This document shows, one piece after another, positions 13,038 to 25,645 of a DNA stretch of 64,000 bases. The DNA is from Eledone cirrhosa (taxonomy: Eukaryota), in the NCBI GenBank assembly GCA_964016885.1, contig OZ024741.1:223262001-223326000 (forward strand), written 5' to 3'. The notes under the pieces are model-generated. The model searched no databases and was not told the DNA's origin. It worked only from the letters and a program-made list of their open reading frames with translations. Made by a program: the position numbers and the translations under genes. How positions within the stretch are numbered: the stretch's first letter is position 1; each line of letters begins with the position of its first letter.

Positions 13038-13084
13038 CTGTTACAGCTCAGAGAAAAAGTTTACACAAAACGAGGAACTCGACC
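13038..13084 (-). CDS. Candidate 47-nt cassette exon encoding an alternative C-terminus GRVPRFV* (coding 13061-13084)
   Basis: Strong acceptor gatttttttttcAG|GGT CGA GTT CCT CGT TTT GTG TAA and donor AACAG|GTaaca. Confidence 0.55.
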
Positions 13085-13121
13085 CTGAAAAAAAATCATT
13101 ATTTCAGAAACTAAACTGTCC

Positions 13122-13124
<3 letters not shown>

Positions 13125-13162
<38 letters not shown>
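13125..13162. repeat. (GA)n microsatellite; another at ~50123-50185
   Basis: Direct reading. Confidence 0.95.
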
Positions 13163-13166
<4 letters not shown>

Positions 13167-14131
13167 TTGATGAAGAGAAAAAGAAAGATAGAGATCTAGG
13201 GAATGAGGGAGGGAGAGAGCTATGGAGAGAGCTAGGGAGAGTGAGCTAGAGAAAGGAGAAAGGAGAGCTAGAGAGAGAGAGAAAGGGAATGAATGGGAAA
13301 GACATAGAAACATAGAAAGATGAATGAAAAATAGCACAGTATCACGAAAAACATATTTAACAGGTAGGAAAATGTTTGCACATTAGCAAATGATATTCAA
13401 ATGCTAATAAATTCAATGAATATTGGAAAATTCTATAAACATTCTATATGTAGGCGATCTGGAAGGAAACAAAAAAAAAGAACAGTTGGTTGTTAATCAT
13501 GCACTGGAAATCAATGCACTAGAAATAAGGAAAAAATGATCATGCTGGATATGTTTAAGAGGAATTCCTGAGTTGACAGTCATGCTATATTTGAGTGACA
13601 TTTTACAGAAAATTCTTGAGGTTCGTGAAGAGAATTTATGCAAAAATGTAGAGTTTAAAGCAAAACCTGAATAGCAGGAATATTACAATTGTTTTTATTT
13701 TTTGTGTTTTCTATCTTTAGATTTCAACTAGAATGAACATTAAAAATATATTTAACATTCCAATTTGTCTGTAAGAGCAGTTGAGAAACATGAAGTAAAG
13801 GAAGAGATTGTATCCAGTTATTCTTGGTTAAATCAACAAAACAAAGTCGTCTTCATCAACAAATATGACCAAGTTTAAAAATGAAGACTAAACATTAATC
13901 GCAGCAGAAATATATAAGATTTTTTTTTTCATCTTCCTCGTACCCTCCCCAACTCTGATGAAAATGTTGAGAAGTCTGGTGAGAATTTACTGAAGGTTCA
14001 GTAGCTAGAAAGGAGAGGAAAAATAATCAATAAATAAGAAGTACAGAAATATAATCAACAGCAGAAGACTGTTAGCGGGATAGAAAATTGTAGAGAAGAG
14101 ACAGAGATGATGTACAACCTGGTGGATGTAG

Positions 14132-14184
<53 letters not shown>

Positions 14185-15731
14185 AATGTTTATAAAGTTG
14201 AAATTTTGGCTTTAGAAAGTAAATTGATTTTTGGATGGTGCAGATGGGGAAAGCTGGTTTGAAAACTTCACTATACCATGTTTAGTTCAAATCCTGCAGA
14301 GAATAGTTCTACTTTTTAACCAACTACATTCAATAAAATAAGTAACAGTAGTATACACAGAAAATGCAATCAATCGATTGCATCTCTTATTACAGGAAAA
14401 AGAAAAAATGCTTTTTTTTTGTAGTTAAAACTGACGTTTATAATGTCATGTCACAATGGTTGATGGTAAGAAGCGTATCTTATCAAAAAAGAAGAAAAAA
14501 CAGCTATATCTTCATACAATACAGTATACTTGGAAGCATGTCCAAGTTTGTCAAATGTAGCAGCACTAACATATACTAGAGGCAGGGCAAGAAAGACATG
14601 GAAAGACGCAATTAGAACAGAAGAGAGCTGGAGCTAAGCTGACATGATGAAAATATGTGGGTGGTTGCATTATTGTAAATGGGTTTATCAACTTTGATAA
14701 GGAGGATTTTTAAAAAATAGCAATAATGATTTAATTTCTCTCATGTGACTAAAAAGCCTCTTCAAAAGAAATGCTTCTTCAGCTATTAAAATCAGTAGCA
14801 ATATTTGCAACCTCATGCCAAATGATATCACAAGAGCACATATCATCTCAGAATGTGTTATGACACATTTTCTGTCTTTCCTCTTTTTCATATACTACCT
14901 TCTAGAATCCACCTCACTTTGCATCTTGGAACATTGTTTTTATGGAAAATACAGAATTTGTCAAGCTAGACATAATATGGTCCCTGCTACGATAACTTAT
15001 AAACTTCACAATCAGGCTTTGTAGAAGTTCTTCATTAGCAATGTATGTATAAACATAGCTGGCTTCTTCCAGGGTAGAGAGAGTAAAAGATAGGAAATCA
15101 GAAAGATATATAGAAGAATAATTGACCCAAGCACTGGGCTAAGACATTTTTATCAACATTGAAAGGATTAAAAGGCAAAGTTGACCTCAGCAGGTTTTGA
15201 ATTCAAAGCTCAGAGAAACTAAATGAATATGGTGAAGCATTTTATCTGGTGTTCTAATGACTGGCCAATAGTGGGGAGATATAGTGGGGAGCAATAAATT
15301 ATGGCATTGTTGTTGTTAGTGGTGGTGGAGAGTGATAAGTTCACATGATTATCCCAGTGTGTTATATATATAGAGTTAACCAGATGGATCCAGGGGGATC
15401 TACAACAGTTGGAACTCAGGACTGTAAGATAATGAACTAAGCAACACCAACATACACACAGACAGACCTATATAATACATTTACAAGTAATACCTACAAC
15501 AGAACCAACCAAGAATCTGTTGTATACAGGACAATTGTGATAATGATTACACAACTTAAACTATCAAATTAGCACACATAAAAAAACTTTACTTCTCTTA
15601 TCACACAATGATTGTAAATATTTTTGTCGTCACTCAACCAGCAACAGACAGACTACTCTTACAAATCTGATTAACACAGTCTGGTATCACTAATATCCTT
15701 TGGTTAATGACTGAAGCAAACTCCAGAAATA

Positions 15732-16062
15732 TCATCACCACCATTTAATGTCTATTTTCCATGAGCATGGGTTAGACAAGTTGTACCACTGTGGGATAAG
15801 TCAAGTGACTATGTCTTGCTCATACAGAACTGTTTCTGGGTTGGTTTCTACAGCTGGACAACCACATTTACAGTATGGACTGCATGCTTTTTATTGTGGC
15901 ACCAAAATGACCAACTGACAGATTGACTGGGTACATTTTCTTAATATCACCAGCCTGACCACCTTGCAGGGTGGACTGGGTGCTTTTTGTTGTGTCACCA
16001 ACATAACCACTTTCCAGGGTGGACTGGGTGCATTTTGTCATGTCACCAACACAACAACCTTA
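15732..16062 (-). mobile_element. RTE-tail-derived repeat with ~5 tandem ~41-bp units
   Basis: Tail motif TTTAATGTCTATTTTCCATG followed by repeated ACCxCxTTxCAGxGTGGACTGGGTGCxTTTT units like those in the RTE 3'UTR. Confidence 0.7.
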
Positions 16063-17380
16063 CAGGACTATGAATAATAACTGGACGATATTTGTTCGCC
16101 ATTTTCAACTGCTAATTTTATGCAAATTTTTTTACTTCCGTTGTCACTCTTGTCTTCATAAAAACAGTGACTATATTTCCATTATTTATTTTCAGAATAA
16201 TTGATTATGAATAATTTTGAACCTCCAAATTTGTGGAAGAGACACGGAGTTCTTCTTGGAATCCACGCCGGGAGGACAAATAAGGAAATTTCAGACTTTC
16301 TCAACGTCAGCAGGAGAATGGTGGAAAAGGTCAGAAAGGTATTGGAAGATTCAGGATTCGACTACGAAGCAACATCAGAGAGGAAAACACATGATCGACG
16401 ATCTGACGCCTTCAGAACGCCTGAGTTCATCGCTGAAGTTCAGGATATCATCAATAATGAACCTAGCAAGTCGATGCGTGCCATTGCAAGGGAGAAAGGC
16501 GTGGAGGAAAAGCTCATTAGGCTGGTGGTACATGAAGACATTTGCTACGTTTCATACAAGATGAGGAAAGGACAATTTCTGTCAAAGGCGATGAAAGAAA
16601 AGCGACTGAAGCACGCAAAGAAGCTGATCAACAAGTTGAAACACCCACTGGAGCCAGACATGCTGTAGTTTTTCTCCGCCGAGAAAAACTTTTGCCAAGA
16701 CCAGAAGATCAACTCCCAGAACAACAGGTGGCTTGCTGTCTCATCCAAAGACATGCCCAGAGTCATGCAGACAAAGTTTCCAGTGACAACATTGGTGTTA
16801 GGTGTTGTCAGCAGTCAAGGTGACGTCATACCACCTCACTTCTTCCCTGAGGGCCTCAAGCTGAACACCGATGGCTACATCCGCGTTTTGAGCAAGGTAG
16901 TAAAGCCCTGGATCGACCAGGTAGCTGCAGGTGGGCCGTACATGTGGCAGCAAGACTCAGTGCCCTGCCATACCAGCCAAAAGACCCAAGCTTGGCTGTC
17001 AGAGAACTTCGTCGACCACACTTCACCTGACATCTGGCCTCCCAGCTCGCCTGACTGTAACCCCCTCGACTTCTTTGTGTGGGGCGCAGTGGAACGAGAC
17101 ACCAACAGATCTAGCTGCAATATGAAAGACAATCTGAAGGCCAGGATCACAAGTGCCTTTAGGGGCCTAAGTCGGCGGACAGTGACGAAGGACTGTAGCC
17201 GGTTCCGAGGCTGCCTTGAGGCCGTCATCAAAGCCAATGGCAGGTTTATCGAGTGAGATCGAAAGAACAAGTCATGAAGACAAACTGACCCAAGTTTGAA
17301 AAATATATCATAAAAAATAAAACTACTGTGTTATTTTTTCCTAAACAGTAATCTTGCGAACAAATATCGTTCGCACCCTG
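16063..17380 (+). mobile_element. Tc1/mariner superfamily DNA transposon, DD37D (maT) family
   Basis: Right TIR ...GCGAACAAATATCGTTCGCACCCTG|TA; left counterpart TA|CAGG...ACGATATTTGTTCGC (16085-16099, interrupted); encloses a transposase. Confidence 0.9.
16207..17256 (+). pseudogene. DD37D transposase (349 codons) with one in-frame stop
   Basis: ORFs 16201-16668 and 16753-17256 are in the same frame; HTH N-terminus, L*FFSAEKNF, WQQDSVPCH, WPPSSPDCNPLDF with 37 residues between the 2nd and 3rd Asp; TAG at 16666-16668. Confidence 0.9.
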
Positions 17381-17398
17381 TATATATATATATATATA

Positions 17399-17741
17399 TC
17401 ACCATCATCATCATTTTACGTCCGATTTTCCCTGCTTGCAAGGGTGGGACAGGAACTGATTCTGGCTTGATTTCTTTTCTACAGCTGGATGCCCTTCCTA
17501 ACACCAACCTCACTTACAGTGAGTGCTGGGTGCTTTTTGTTGCCGTTGCGCCTACACGTCCACTTTGCAGTGGAATGATAGGGACCCCAGTCCTATTATC
17601 TCATTTCTACAGTTGAGTAAACTGGAGCAATGTGAAATAAAGTGCCTTGCTCAAGGAAACAACACATCAACCGGTCTGAGATTGAACTCACAACCTTTCG
17701 ATTGCAAGGCCAATGCTCTAACCACTAAGCCATGTGCCCCC
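17399..17741 (-). mobile_element. Full-length CORE-type tRNA SINE with RTE-derived tail
   Basis: Minus strand: A box TGGCTTAGTGG, B box GAGTTCAATC, CCTTGAGCAAGGCACTTTATTTCACATTGCTCCAGTTTACTCAACTGTAGAAATGAGATAATA (resembles the MIR CORE), then GTTGGTGTTAGGAAGGGCATCCAGC...GGACGTAAAA(TGA)n shared with the RTE 3' end. Confidence 0.85.
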
Positions 17742-17763
17742 ATATATATATAAATACAACATC

Positions 17764-17905
17764 AAGTGGCAAATTTGGTAGAGCCATTAGAATGCTGGAC
17801 AGAATGATTTGTGGCATTCATTTTGGCTCTCTGCACTCTGAATTCAAACCCCACTAAGGTCAACTTTGCCTTTCATTCATTTGAGGTTGATAAAAAAGTA
17901 CCAGG
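17764..17905 (+). mobile_element. Old SINE family B head/body, plus strand
   Basis: TTGGTAGAGCCATTAG, TGAATTCAAACCC, GGTCAACTTTGCCTTTCATTC...GATAAAAAAGTACCAG. Confidence 0.7.
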
Positions 17906-18003
17906 TTTACAAAATGCTCAAGAAAGACCATATGTCATTGCAACACCCTTATGACTCCACCATGAATTACAGATCCAAACATACATCTATATCATCATCA
18001 TCT

Positions 18004-18190
18004 TTGTTTCTACTTTAGGCACAAGGCCAGCAATTACCCAGTGCATTACTGGTACTTTATTTTATCGACCCCGTAAGGATGAAAGGCAAAGTCAACCTCG
18101 GCGGGATTTGAACTCAGATCGTAAAGGGACGTAATTATGCTGAAAAGCATGGCGTCCGACCCTCTACCGATACTGCCAATCCACCGCCTT
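18004..18190 (-). mobile_element. Young full-length SINE family B
   Basis: Minus strand: AGGCGGTGGATTGGCAGTATCGG (A box) ... GAGTTCAAATC (B box) ... GCCTTTCATCCTTACGGGGTCGATAAAATAAAGTACCAG ... GGCCTTGTGCCTAAAGTAGAAACAA. Confidence 0.9.
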
Positions 18191-20243
18191 ATCATCTTTA
18201 TCATTTAACATCTGTTTTCCCTACTAGCAAAAGTTGAATGGGTTGGAACCAATTTTGCAGTCAGTGAAATAGATACTAGTAATATTCTAGAGTCTAATCA
18301 AAACTACAATAATTCTTGCCCAATAAATTGATCTTTTCATAAACTCCCCACTCCTACTCCCCCCCCCCCCCAAAAAAAAAAACTATTTTTTTTTTTCCTC
18401 ATTTGAAATAGAGGTTAAAAGTAGCACATGTGTGTCTATGTGTGAGTGTATTTGCTTAAGCATTATTCCTAGCCACCTCGTGTTGGCAAGAGAACAATCT
18501 AGAAGCATCATTTAAAGATTCAGTGGGGAAACATTAAATAAATAAATAAATATACCATGGAGACTCAGGAGACAGTTGGAATAATTTGTTAAAACATCAA
18601 GATGTCTGTGAAACGTTGCTGACAGAAATTGAATATGTGAAAACAGAATAAATTACTGGTTAAAAGTATTATCTTGAACAATCAATAAAGCTTGCTGTCT
18701 AGACACAGAAGGAAATGTCTGCGACCTCCTCATTGTACACAGCTGCAATGTTATTTCTCCACATGAAATCAATAAGCAGACAGGACAGCTGACTTAACTA
18801 ACCAAAAATTTGTTGGTTAAAGTTTAGCATTGGTGAGATTATCTTTTAGAAGTTTATCATTCATTTTCTTCATGCTTGTCAGAATATGAACTACTACTCC
18901 CCTAATTTTTGTTTTTTCTTTTAATTCCAACCCTGCACTTTATTCAGAATATTTCAGTGGATATTCTATAATTTATAAACATAATATCATGCTTAGGTTA
19001 TGAAAAAAAAAGAAAAAAACAACATACTTTATTGCTATTATCGCTAAGAGGTCTGTAGCCTGTAAATGTAAACTCATTTATAATGAGACCTTTCAGGTAA
19101 TCAGAATGAAGTTTTATATTAATTGTTTTTCCAATATTTATCATGGCTATTTATGAAGTGATTTATTATTGTAAAATTGACAATTTCACTTGGTAACCAA
19201 TTCCAAGTTGGTGAATTGACACAGTTGTTAGAGCACCAAATAGAATGCTTTGCAATATTCATTCTAGGTTTCTATGCTTTGAGTTCAAATCCCACTGATA
19301 TCCCACTGGTATCGATAAATAATGTAACAGTCTACTATTAAAGTCGATCTTTCTCTCTCTCTCTCCTGCAGGAAGAAATGTACTACATTCTAATGTAGAA
19401 CATTAAAGTTAACAAAGTTAACCTTGACAGGATTTGAACTCAGACCGTAAAGGGACGTAACTATGCTGGAAAGCATGGTGTCCGACCCTCTACCGATACT
19501 GCCAATTCACCAATGAATGAATGATAGTGTGTGTATGTATGTATGCATGCCTGGACCTGTAACTCCTGATGGAGTTGTAGGAACGCCATCATGACATATT
19601 GTGTGTATTTAAAAACTTTAAACCTGGCAGCACCCATCCCTCCTTAGATTTAAACACAGCTAATTTCTTCCAGAGAGAGAGAAATACAGGAAGAATGGAC
19701 ACTAATACTGGAGATGGTGCTTTTTATGTTGACCTTGAAAGGCAAAGTTGACCATGGCAAGATGAGAGCAGAGAGAGACAGAATGAATACTGCAAAGCAT
19801 TCTCTTCAGCATTCTCACAACATGGCTGGTGTTAGGAAGGGCATCCAGCTGAAAAAATCCCAATCAAAATAGTTCCGTTTGAGCAAGATACGGTGCAGCC
19901 AACAGACCAAACTTGTCTCATGTGGACGATCTGTCTAACCCAGGCAAGCATAGAAAAATAGATGTTAAAGGACGACGATCATGATATAGATGGAAATCAT
20001 ATAGCTGATATAGGGGTACATACAGATGTGGCCAACAGTTGGTATGAAGGATCAATTGGGAACATGATGGACATCATGAGGTCAGATACTACATACAGAA
20101 AGTGTATGAGTAACAGTTGTGGTCATAATGAAAATAGAGTCAGTGGAGCTGGGGTGACAGGAGCCTGCATGGAGCAAACCACTTCAGTTGGTGTGAAGTT
20201 ACAGATGGTATGTGCAGAAAAATCAGGTATTAAATGAAATAAT

Positions 20244-20582
20244 TGTTTCTACTTTAGGCACAAGGCCAGCAATTACCCGGTGCATTACTGGTACTTTATT
20301 TTATCTACCCCGTAAGGATGAAAGGCAAAGTCAACCTCGGCGGGATATTAAATGAAATAATGATTTCTAATTTAGACACAAGATCAAACAACTTGTGAGA
20401 AGAGAAAAGTCAATTATATTGACTCCAGCATTTGACTGGTACTTTATCTTATCGACCTCAGAATGATGAAAGGCAAAGTTGACCTCAGCAAGATTTGAAC
20501 TCAGAAAGTAAAAGAATCAGAACAAATACTGCAATGGTATTTTATTCAAACTCTTAAATCTCTGCCAATCCACCAGCCTCAG
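20244..20582 (-). mobile_element. Two tandem SINE-B copies (young truncated 20244-20345, older 20362-20582)
   Basis: Both bodies recognisable; separated and flanked by three copies of TATTAAATGAAATAAT. Confidence 0.85.
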
Positions 20583-21355
20583 TATTAAATGAAATAATAA
20601 CATCACCAATGTTGGTAGTAACAACAGTAATAATGATGATAGAACCTTTGAAGTTATTTTGGAAATTAAATCTTATTTTGAAGGGAAGTAAATCAAGCAT
20701 CCTTGATAGCATTAGTAACACTCGCCATGAAACTATGGATACAATGAAATAAGATGAAAAACAAATTGAATGACAGTTGGGAAATATACTGTTCAGATGT
20801 AAATAAACATTGCTAAATTTTCTACACAGACCACAGAACAATCTAGAAGAAAAGTAAAAAAAAAAATATAAAAAAAACGACAGCAAAAAATATCAGCTTT
20901 AGCTTCAGCTTCATTAAAGGAAAATTTCTTTGATGATGAATACACTTTGGTAAATTGTTTTAAGTGTTTAGAAATAGACTAATTTCTCAAGCAAACCAAT
21001 GAGTGAGCATCTACATGATTGCTCAACCTGGTAGAAATAGCAGCCCAATCTCCCTCAACTTATACTCTATCAAAAAGAAACAACACATTGACAATGTAGT
21101 AGTCCTAGATGCACTGTCTGAAAATAAGATGGAATAATCCCAGCCTGCTGGAACACTTTTGATAAAATGCCTGCTGGATGAAAGCTGGCCTAGAGCCAAA
21201 TAACAATTAGTTCCTCACATCAGGATAGTTACCTGATCTGATAAACCAGTGATGGTCCATATCAGCATGAACTGGATTAAAAAGGAATACAAAAGAGGTA
21301 TGTTGGGGTGTTGGTGTACTCTGAAAAGAAGGCAGGTGGAGGAGGGACTAATGCT

Positions 21356-21550
21356 TCAAGCAGGGTCTTTCAGAGAAGAAGAAACTATTTTACAAGAATA
21401 TGAAGCCCTGAGAATCTTCTCAAGGAAGAAAAAACAGGTAGTGGTGATGATCGTGCAGTTTCTAATGGTTTCTAATTTTGATATTAGTGATGCATTTGAA
21501 AAAGCTGTGGTTGAGGATTCAGATTGCTGAGAACTTCCCAGTGCATGGCG
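21356..21550 (-). CDS. Weak candidate alternative terminal exon (RHALGSSQQSESSTTAFSN...KDPA*)
   Basis: Acceptor tatttaatttcAG|CGC CAT in phase 0, 64 codons to TGA, 465 bp downstream of the large exon; no recognisable homology. Confidence 0.3.
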   Translation of the reverse strand, partial: RHALGSSQQSESSTTAFSNASLISKLETIRNCTIITTTCFFFLEKILRASYSCKIVSSSLKDPA

Positions 21551-22014
21551 CTGAAATTAAATACTATAAAAAATGCAAAATTACAATTCAAGAAAGCAAA
21601 CAGTAGAGTCAGACCCCACCACCACCACCAAAAAACCCCCCAAAACATGCATTGATAGAAGAATGTAAAGAGAAGTTAAAGCTAAAGATGGTCTGAAAAG
21701 GAGTAGTAATTTGACAGCTGCAGTAGAAGTTGAAATAGCAGTAGTGGTAATAAAAGCAGCAGTAGTAGTAGTTTTGTCACAATTAGCAGAAGTAGCAGTA
21801 GTCAGAGTGATGATAGTTGTACTACAAGCATAACTAAAATCTCGTTAGGATTGTTAACTCGGAGTGAAATAGTCAGTTGAGAGAGACATCTAGACCAGGT
21901 GGCACATTCAACTACTGACTTGGAGACATCTCAGAATGGTAAAGAGGCTGTGAGGATATTTGCTGATAGATGCTAACATTCCTAGAATAAAATTCTAGCA
22001 TGCAGATAACTCAC

Positions 22015-23310
22015 AAAATCTTCTTCAGAATGATCTTCTTTGGTGATAATGCTTTCCTCTGCTTTGATAGATTCCTCTTCACAGAATAAATTGTCTCCCA
22101 TATTTGTAGACATGTCCCCATCAGATCTGACAGGTTCATCTTCAGCACCAGTATTATAGTCTTTTGCTTGATCATATTTAGGTATCATAGAATCTTTCCC
22201 CTCTAGGTATTCTTCATTATTAATCTGATCCTGTTCTCTAGAATTTTCCCCATCAAACAGATCCTCTTTTGTCTCACCAACATCCTTCCCTTTACACATT
22301 GCTACATTGTTTTCATTTTCTGTTGACCCTTTCTTGTTCAGCAAATCCTCGTCAGAATCACCAGACTCTTTTGTATTTTGGTCATCTGTATTTCTACCTA
22401 GCTCTTTCTCTATTGCACTTTCATCTACCACATTATCAAACCCTTCTTCTTTACTATCTACCAAAGCCTTATCAAATTCTTCTTCTGTACTGTCTATCTC
22501 TACTGTAGATACTTCAACCACACTGTTATCTGCTTCCCTATCTGATCTATCTACTATACTATCATCTACAGTTTTATCAGACTTCCCTATTTCATCATCT
22601 GAAGCACTCTGAGATTCCTCCATTACACTGTCATCCATAGCACTATCAAACCCATCCACTATTTTAACATCTGAAGCATTATCAGCCTCTTCCAAAACAT
22701 TATCTACATCTTTATCAGACTCCACTACTATATTATCTACAACTCTATCAGATCTTTCATCTACACTATCATGTACAGCATTATCAGACCCTGCTATCGA
22801 ACTAAGATCTACAGCTCTATCAAAACTTTCATCTGCACTAGAATGTACAGCGCTATCAGAAATGTTATCTGCACTATCATGTATAGCGCTATCAGACCCT
22901 TCTATCATACTAACCTCTAGAGCACTATCAGATCTTTCATCTGCACTATCATGTACAGTGCTATCAGACCCTTCTATCGTACTAGCCTCTACAATTCTAT
23001 CAGAACTTTCATCAAGATGTTTGCTTTGTGTTAAGCTTTCATTTACTGCCTCACATATTTCTGACTTCAAAATTTCATCATCGTCTACTGTTGAAATATT
23101 TTTTTCTGATTCCACTTCAAGATCATCAGACTTACTGCCATCTTCTTCAGCTGTTTCTTTGCTGTCTTCACCATTAGTCAGAGTAGTCACAGCACTAGCT
23201 GAGTCCACATTTGTTTCCTTCTCATTGCCATCACTGTCTGAATTAACATCCAATTTTCTAACACTCTCACTGGTTTCAGATTTTTCCACAATTAATTGTT
23301 CTTTTTCAGC
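22015..23310 (-). CDS. Large internal exon (1296 nt, 432 aa), Asp/Glu/Ser-rich with a degenerate 11-12 aa repeat
   Basis: Acceptor ttttctttttgttaatatAAG|GCT GAA AAA; consensus donor GAT TTT|GTGAGT; open frame throughout in AT-rich DNA; phase 0-0. Confidence 0.85.
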
Positions 23311-23456
23311 CTTATATTAACAAAAAGAAAAACAAAAAATTAAATACATTTAGGAATAAATAATGGAAAACATTATATCTAGGTAAAATCTGTGGCTGGA
23401 ATAAAAAGAAGATATTAAAATTATAAAAGGTTGAAAAGAAGAATTAAAATGGTATA

Positions 23457-23631
23457 CAGGTAAAATTCCATTATAACGAATACCATTATAACAAATTTTT
23501 CAGTATACCAATTTTTTTTCAATCCCCGGCCACACGCTCGATGTGTTAGGTCAATCTCATTATAAAGAATTTTTCATTACAACAAATTTTTTTTTATACC
23601 CCGTGAATTTTGTTATAACAGAATTTCAATA
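23457..23631. mobile_element. Tigger/pogo-like MITE
   Basis: TA|CAGGTAAAATTCCATTATAACGAA at left and TTTGTTATAACAGAATTTCAATA|TA at right form imperfect TIRs; internal TTATAAC repeats. Confidence 0.65.
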
Positions 23632-24074
23632 TATATATATTGTTTTTCATGAATGTGTGTAGTTATTGTACAGTTATGTGTATGTTTATGTAAAAATTAT
23701 AACATGGGTAATAACATTCACCAAAACATACACACAGATATAACAGGACATTAAAACAGACATAATTACAAACCAATACACATACGCACACACACACATA
23801 AACACAAATATACGCATACAAACAGACCTACAGTCCACCACATGCACACACATATTTATACACATGCAAAAAAAAACAAAAAAAAAACAGAACCACAACT
23901 CAAATATGTCATTATATAAGTTCATATCATTCCCCCTTTTCAGTTAACTCTGAAACTAGATAGATGACATTTTCCATATTATAGATGTGAGTGTGTGTAT
24001 GACAGTAGCTTGTGCCCATCCCATCCCATCAGCTCTAGCAACCTCTAAAGAACTTCATCATCCCTATTACTACA

Positions 24075-24096
24075 TATCTATATATATATGTGTATA

Positions 24097-24155
<59 letters not shown>

Positions 24156-24248
24156 GTGTGTGTATGTATATATATGTGTGTATATATATATATGTGAATA
24201 TATATATATGTGAACATATAGATATGTGTATATATATATGTGCGTGTG

Positions 24249-24300
<52 letters not shown>

Positions 24301-24310
24301 GAGAGAGAGG
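24075..24310. repeat. (TA)n/(TG)n compound microsatellite
   Basis: Direct reading; explains the YIYI ORFs. Confidence 0.95.
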
Positions 24311-24585
24311 GGGGGGAATATCTGCCATCTCAGCACAGTTAATGGAAACGTCAGGAGAAGAACTGGGACTGAGACCACAAATATAGCAATAACATTGTCA
24401 TTTCTGGAATTTCGCAGACAATCACGGATGGCATGGATAAATCATGTTTTCAATGTTATTGTTTATTGAACAGCAGTGGGGTGGGGAGTATCATCTATAA
24501 AGATGTGAAATAGTTTGGGGAGAGAGGAGGTGGTAAGTGGGTGACTATACCAACTAAATAAATAGATGTTATTATAATTTGATTG

Positions 24586-24899
24586 TATTACTGGTACTTT
24601 ATTTTATCGACCCCGTAAGGATGAAAGGCAAAGTTAACCTCGGCGGGATTTGAACTCAGAATAGCAAGGGCTGTAACTCTATGCGTCAAAGCATGGCGTC
24701 CGACCCTCTACCAATACTGCCAATCCACCGCCCTTATATATATAATAATATATATATATATATATATATATAATAATATATATTATATTATATATATATA
24801 TATAATAATTGTTTCTACTTTAGGCACAAGGCCAGCAATTACCCAGTACATTACTGGTACTTTATTTTATCGACCCCGTAAGGATGAAAGGCAAAGTTA
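24586..24899 (-). mobile_element. Two partial young SINE-B copies (24586-24735 head/body; 24803-24899 tail/body) separated by TA-rich repeat
   Basis: Near identity to the 35572-35751 copy. Confidence 0.8.
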
Positions 24900-25217
24900 T
24901 TTGACTTCTGTTTGCTTAGATTAATATATATATATATATATATAATAGAAACAGTCCTATATGAGTGAGACATGGTCACCCGACCCAGCTTGCCACAAGT
25001 GGGACAAACCCGTCTAACCCATGTTAGTGTGGAAGATAGACATTAAACAATGATGATGATGATATATAGTGTATTGGTGTGCAATGTATAGTTACTGATG
25101 GCTCACCAATTCCAGAGTCAGCCTGATCACTACCGATCATACCTTGAACCTATCAATAGTGAAATACATGTCGTGTGTGAATAAATATATTGATACTTTG
25201 TTCCTACTCATTATTAT

Positions 25218-25567
25218 TAAAAGGATAAAATGGTAAAGACCCCTTCGGTCACAAATGACCATGGGATTTGCACCTAAAAAGTTCTCCTTCAAGGCACAAA
25301 TCTGGGCAAGGTTGTTTGTGGAGGACCAGCAGTTGCCCATGCATACCGGTCTCCTCTCTCCACTCCAGTAATGTTGTCCAAGGGAAAGGCAATGGCCGAT
25401 ACAGTTTGGCACCTGTGATGTTGCTACTTATTTCTATAGCTGAGTAAATTGGAGCAATGCGAAATAAAGTTTTTTGCTCAAGGACACAACACATGACCTG
25501 GTCTGGGAATCGAACTCACAACTTCACAATTGCAAGCCCAACATTCTAACCACTAAGTCATGCACTT
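25218..25567 (-). mobile_element. CORE-type tRNA SINE with a third tail type
   Basis: Head TGACTTAGTGG / GAGTTCGATTCC and CORE as at 17399, but 3' part ends ...GACCGAAGGGGTCTTTACCATTTTATCCTTTT. Confidence 0.75.
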
Positions 25568-25614
25568 TGGTTATTATTATTATATGGAAAAATGGACATT
25601 AAATGGTGGTGACG

Positions 25615-25645
<31 letters not shown>

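Noticed and set aside
17670-17741. tRNA-like sequences with A and B boxes (many copies)
   Set aside because: They are SINE heads fused to CORE or other bodies, not standalone tRNA genes.
22269-23320. Plus-strand Ser/Leu-rich ORFs
   Set aside because: Antisense shadows of the acidic minus-strand exon.
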